Part shown: one piece after another, positions 6,987-7,760 of the stretch
Layout: the number at the start of each line of letters is the position of its first letter
Position numbering within the stretch: the stretch's first letter is position 1
Assembly (NCBI RefSeq): GCF_006345805.1
Contig: NW_021828658.1
Span: 1-7,760 of the forward strand
Reading direction: 5' to 3'
DNA from: Octopus sinensis
Lineage: Eukaryota
DNA: 7,760 nt
Notes under the pieces: model-generated
Told to the model about the DNA's origin: nothing
Databases searched by the model: none
The model's input: the letters and a program-made list of their open reading frames with translations, nothing else
Made by a program: the position numbers and the translations under genes

Positions 6987-7110
6987 CCTTCGCTCCAGGG
7001 AGTAGAGTCTTAGCTGTTTCAGCCTTTCCCTGTAGCTGAGCAGTTGCAAAGGGACGATCTTCTTTGAGAAGCTTCGCTTAAATTGCATCAAGGTCCACTG
7101 TTAATCTTAC
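6987..7110 (-). mobile_element. CR1-clade LINE ORF2 C-terminal fragment
   Basis: Minus translation VRLTVDLDAI* (+1 frameshift) RSFSKKIVPLQLLSYRERLKQLRLYSLERR matches the CR1 motif LExVQRxxTKxIxxxxxLSYxERLxxLxLxSLExRR. Confidence 0.85.
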
Positions 7111-7124
7111 TTATATTATTTGTA

Positions 7125-7260
7125 TCATTTACATCTATCTCTACCAATCGGATTCTCAATAATCTCCAACAAGTATATCGTTATTCAGTAATTTTTCCCT
7201 CGTTATCTCATGTGACCCAACCAGCTTTCAACACATTCTTGGAGTTTAACTGCATCATAA
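7125..7260 (-). mobile_element. Possible decayed RTE C-terminal remnant
   Basis: Minus frame ...SWLGHMR*RGKNY*ITIYLLEIIENPIGRDRCK*Y loosely resembles WxGHxxR...IEGKRxRGRPRxxW/Y. Confidence 0.3.
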
Positions 7261-7559
7261 ATAAGACAATTTCTCTTCCATTTTTCGTGTGAGAGTGTAC
7301 GTAGGTAGACGTTCTCGGTGTGTATGTATGGAGACGTTGTGAACGCAGGAGATTTATGCCAATGTGTTGCGTGCATTTTTAATATTTTTTCTTTTTTCTT
7401 TCTCTACCTATTAGAGTAACTTCCCTTTTATTCAAAGGTTTTTTCATAGCGTCTGTTGTTATTAATAGCCGAACAGAATGCATCGTAACTCTTCCCTCCG
7501 ACATTTGATACTCCGAGTACTATACTGACAACCTCTTACTGTTTGTTCTAAATTATGAC

Positions 7560-7660
7560 AATACACACATACACACACACATACAAATACACACAAACAC
7601 ACACATACATAATGTATATATATTTATATCTGTGAGCGTGTGTGTGCATGTGTGTGTGTG
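7560..7660. repeat. (CA)n-(TA)n-(TG)n compound microsatellite
   Basis: Seen directly; the CA-rich and TG-rich arms are mutually complementary. Confidence 0.9.
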
Positions 7661-7760
7661 TTTATAAATTATAAATAAGTCGAGTTTATTAAGCTTACAC
7701 TCTTGAGAGACATTCACATTTCAAGCCTACACTTTTCTATTGGTATTTATGCGCGTATAG

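Noticed and set aside
7083-7292. ORF with a signal-peptide-like hydrophobic N-terminus (MHQGPLLILLILFVSF...)
   Set aside because: It starts inside the antisense strand of the CR1 fragment; hydrophobicity is expected from T-rich DNA, and there is no other gene evidence.
7385-7506. Polypyrimidine tract plus AG at 7413-7414 as a possible exon start
   Set aside because: Downstream frames close quickly with no recognisable product or convincing donor; such tracts are frequent in this composition.

Overview
AT-rich, microsatellite-laden eukaryotic non-coding DNA (intronic or intergenic). No intact protein-coding gene is supported; the supplied ORFs are microsatellite read-throughs or lie over or antisense to decayed transposons. 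The SINE families look like the abundant tRNA-derived SINEs of octopod cephalopods (recognised from memory, not from a search). Contents: a ~600 bp Mutator-like MITE with ~150 bp TIRs and a perfect 9 bp TSD (128-726); several tRNA-derived SINE copies on both strands; a composite CORE-like SINE with an internal microsatellite; and decayed LINE ORF2 fragments of L1/Tx1 (zf-RVT), RTE and CR1 type, all on the minus strand. The most interesting observation is a minus-strand motif at 2435-2485. It folds as a minimal type I hammerhead ribozyme with a swapped G3-C8 core pair, an extra nucleotide after A9 and a 6-nt palindromic stem III, the architecture known for dimer-acting hammerheads of Penelope-like elements and retrozymes. 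Its activity and novelty are untested. A SINE split into head and body pieces in permuted order, with the head abutting the Tx1 fragment, is also notable.
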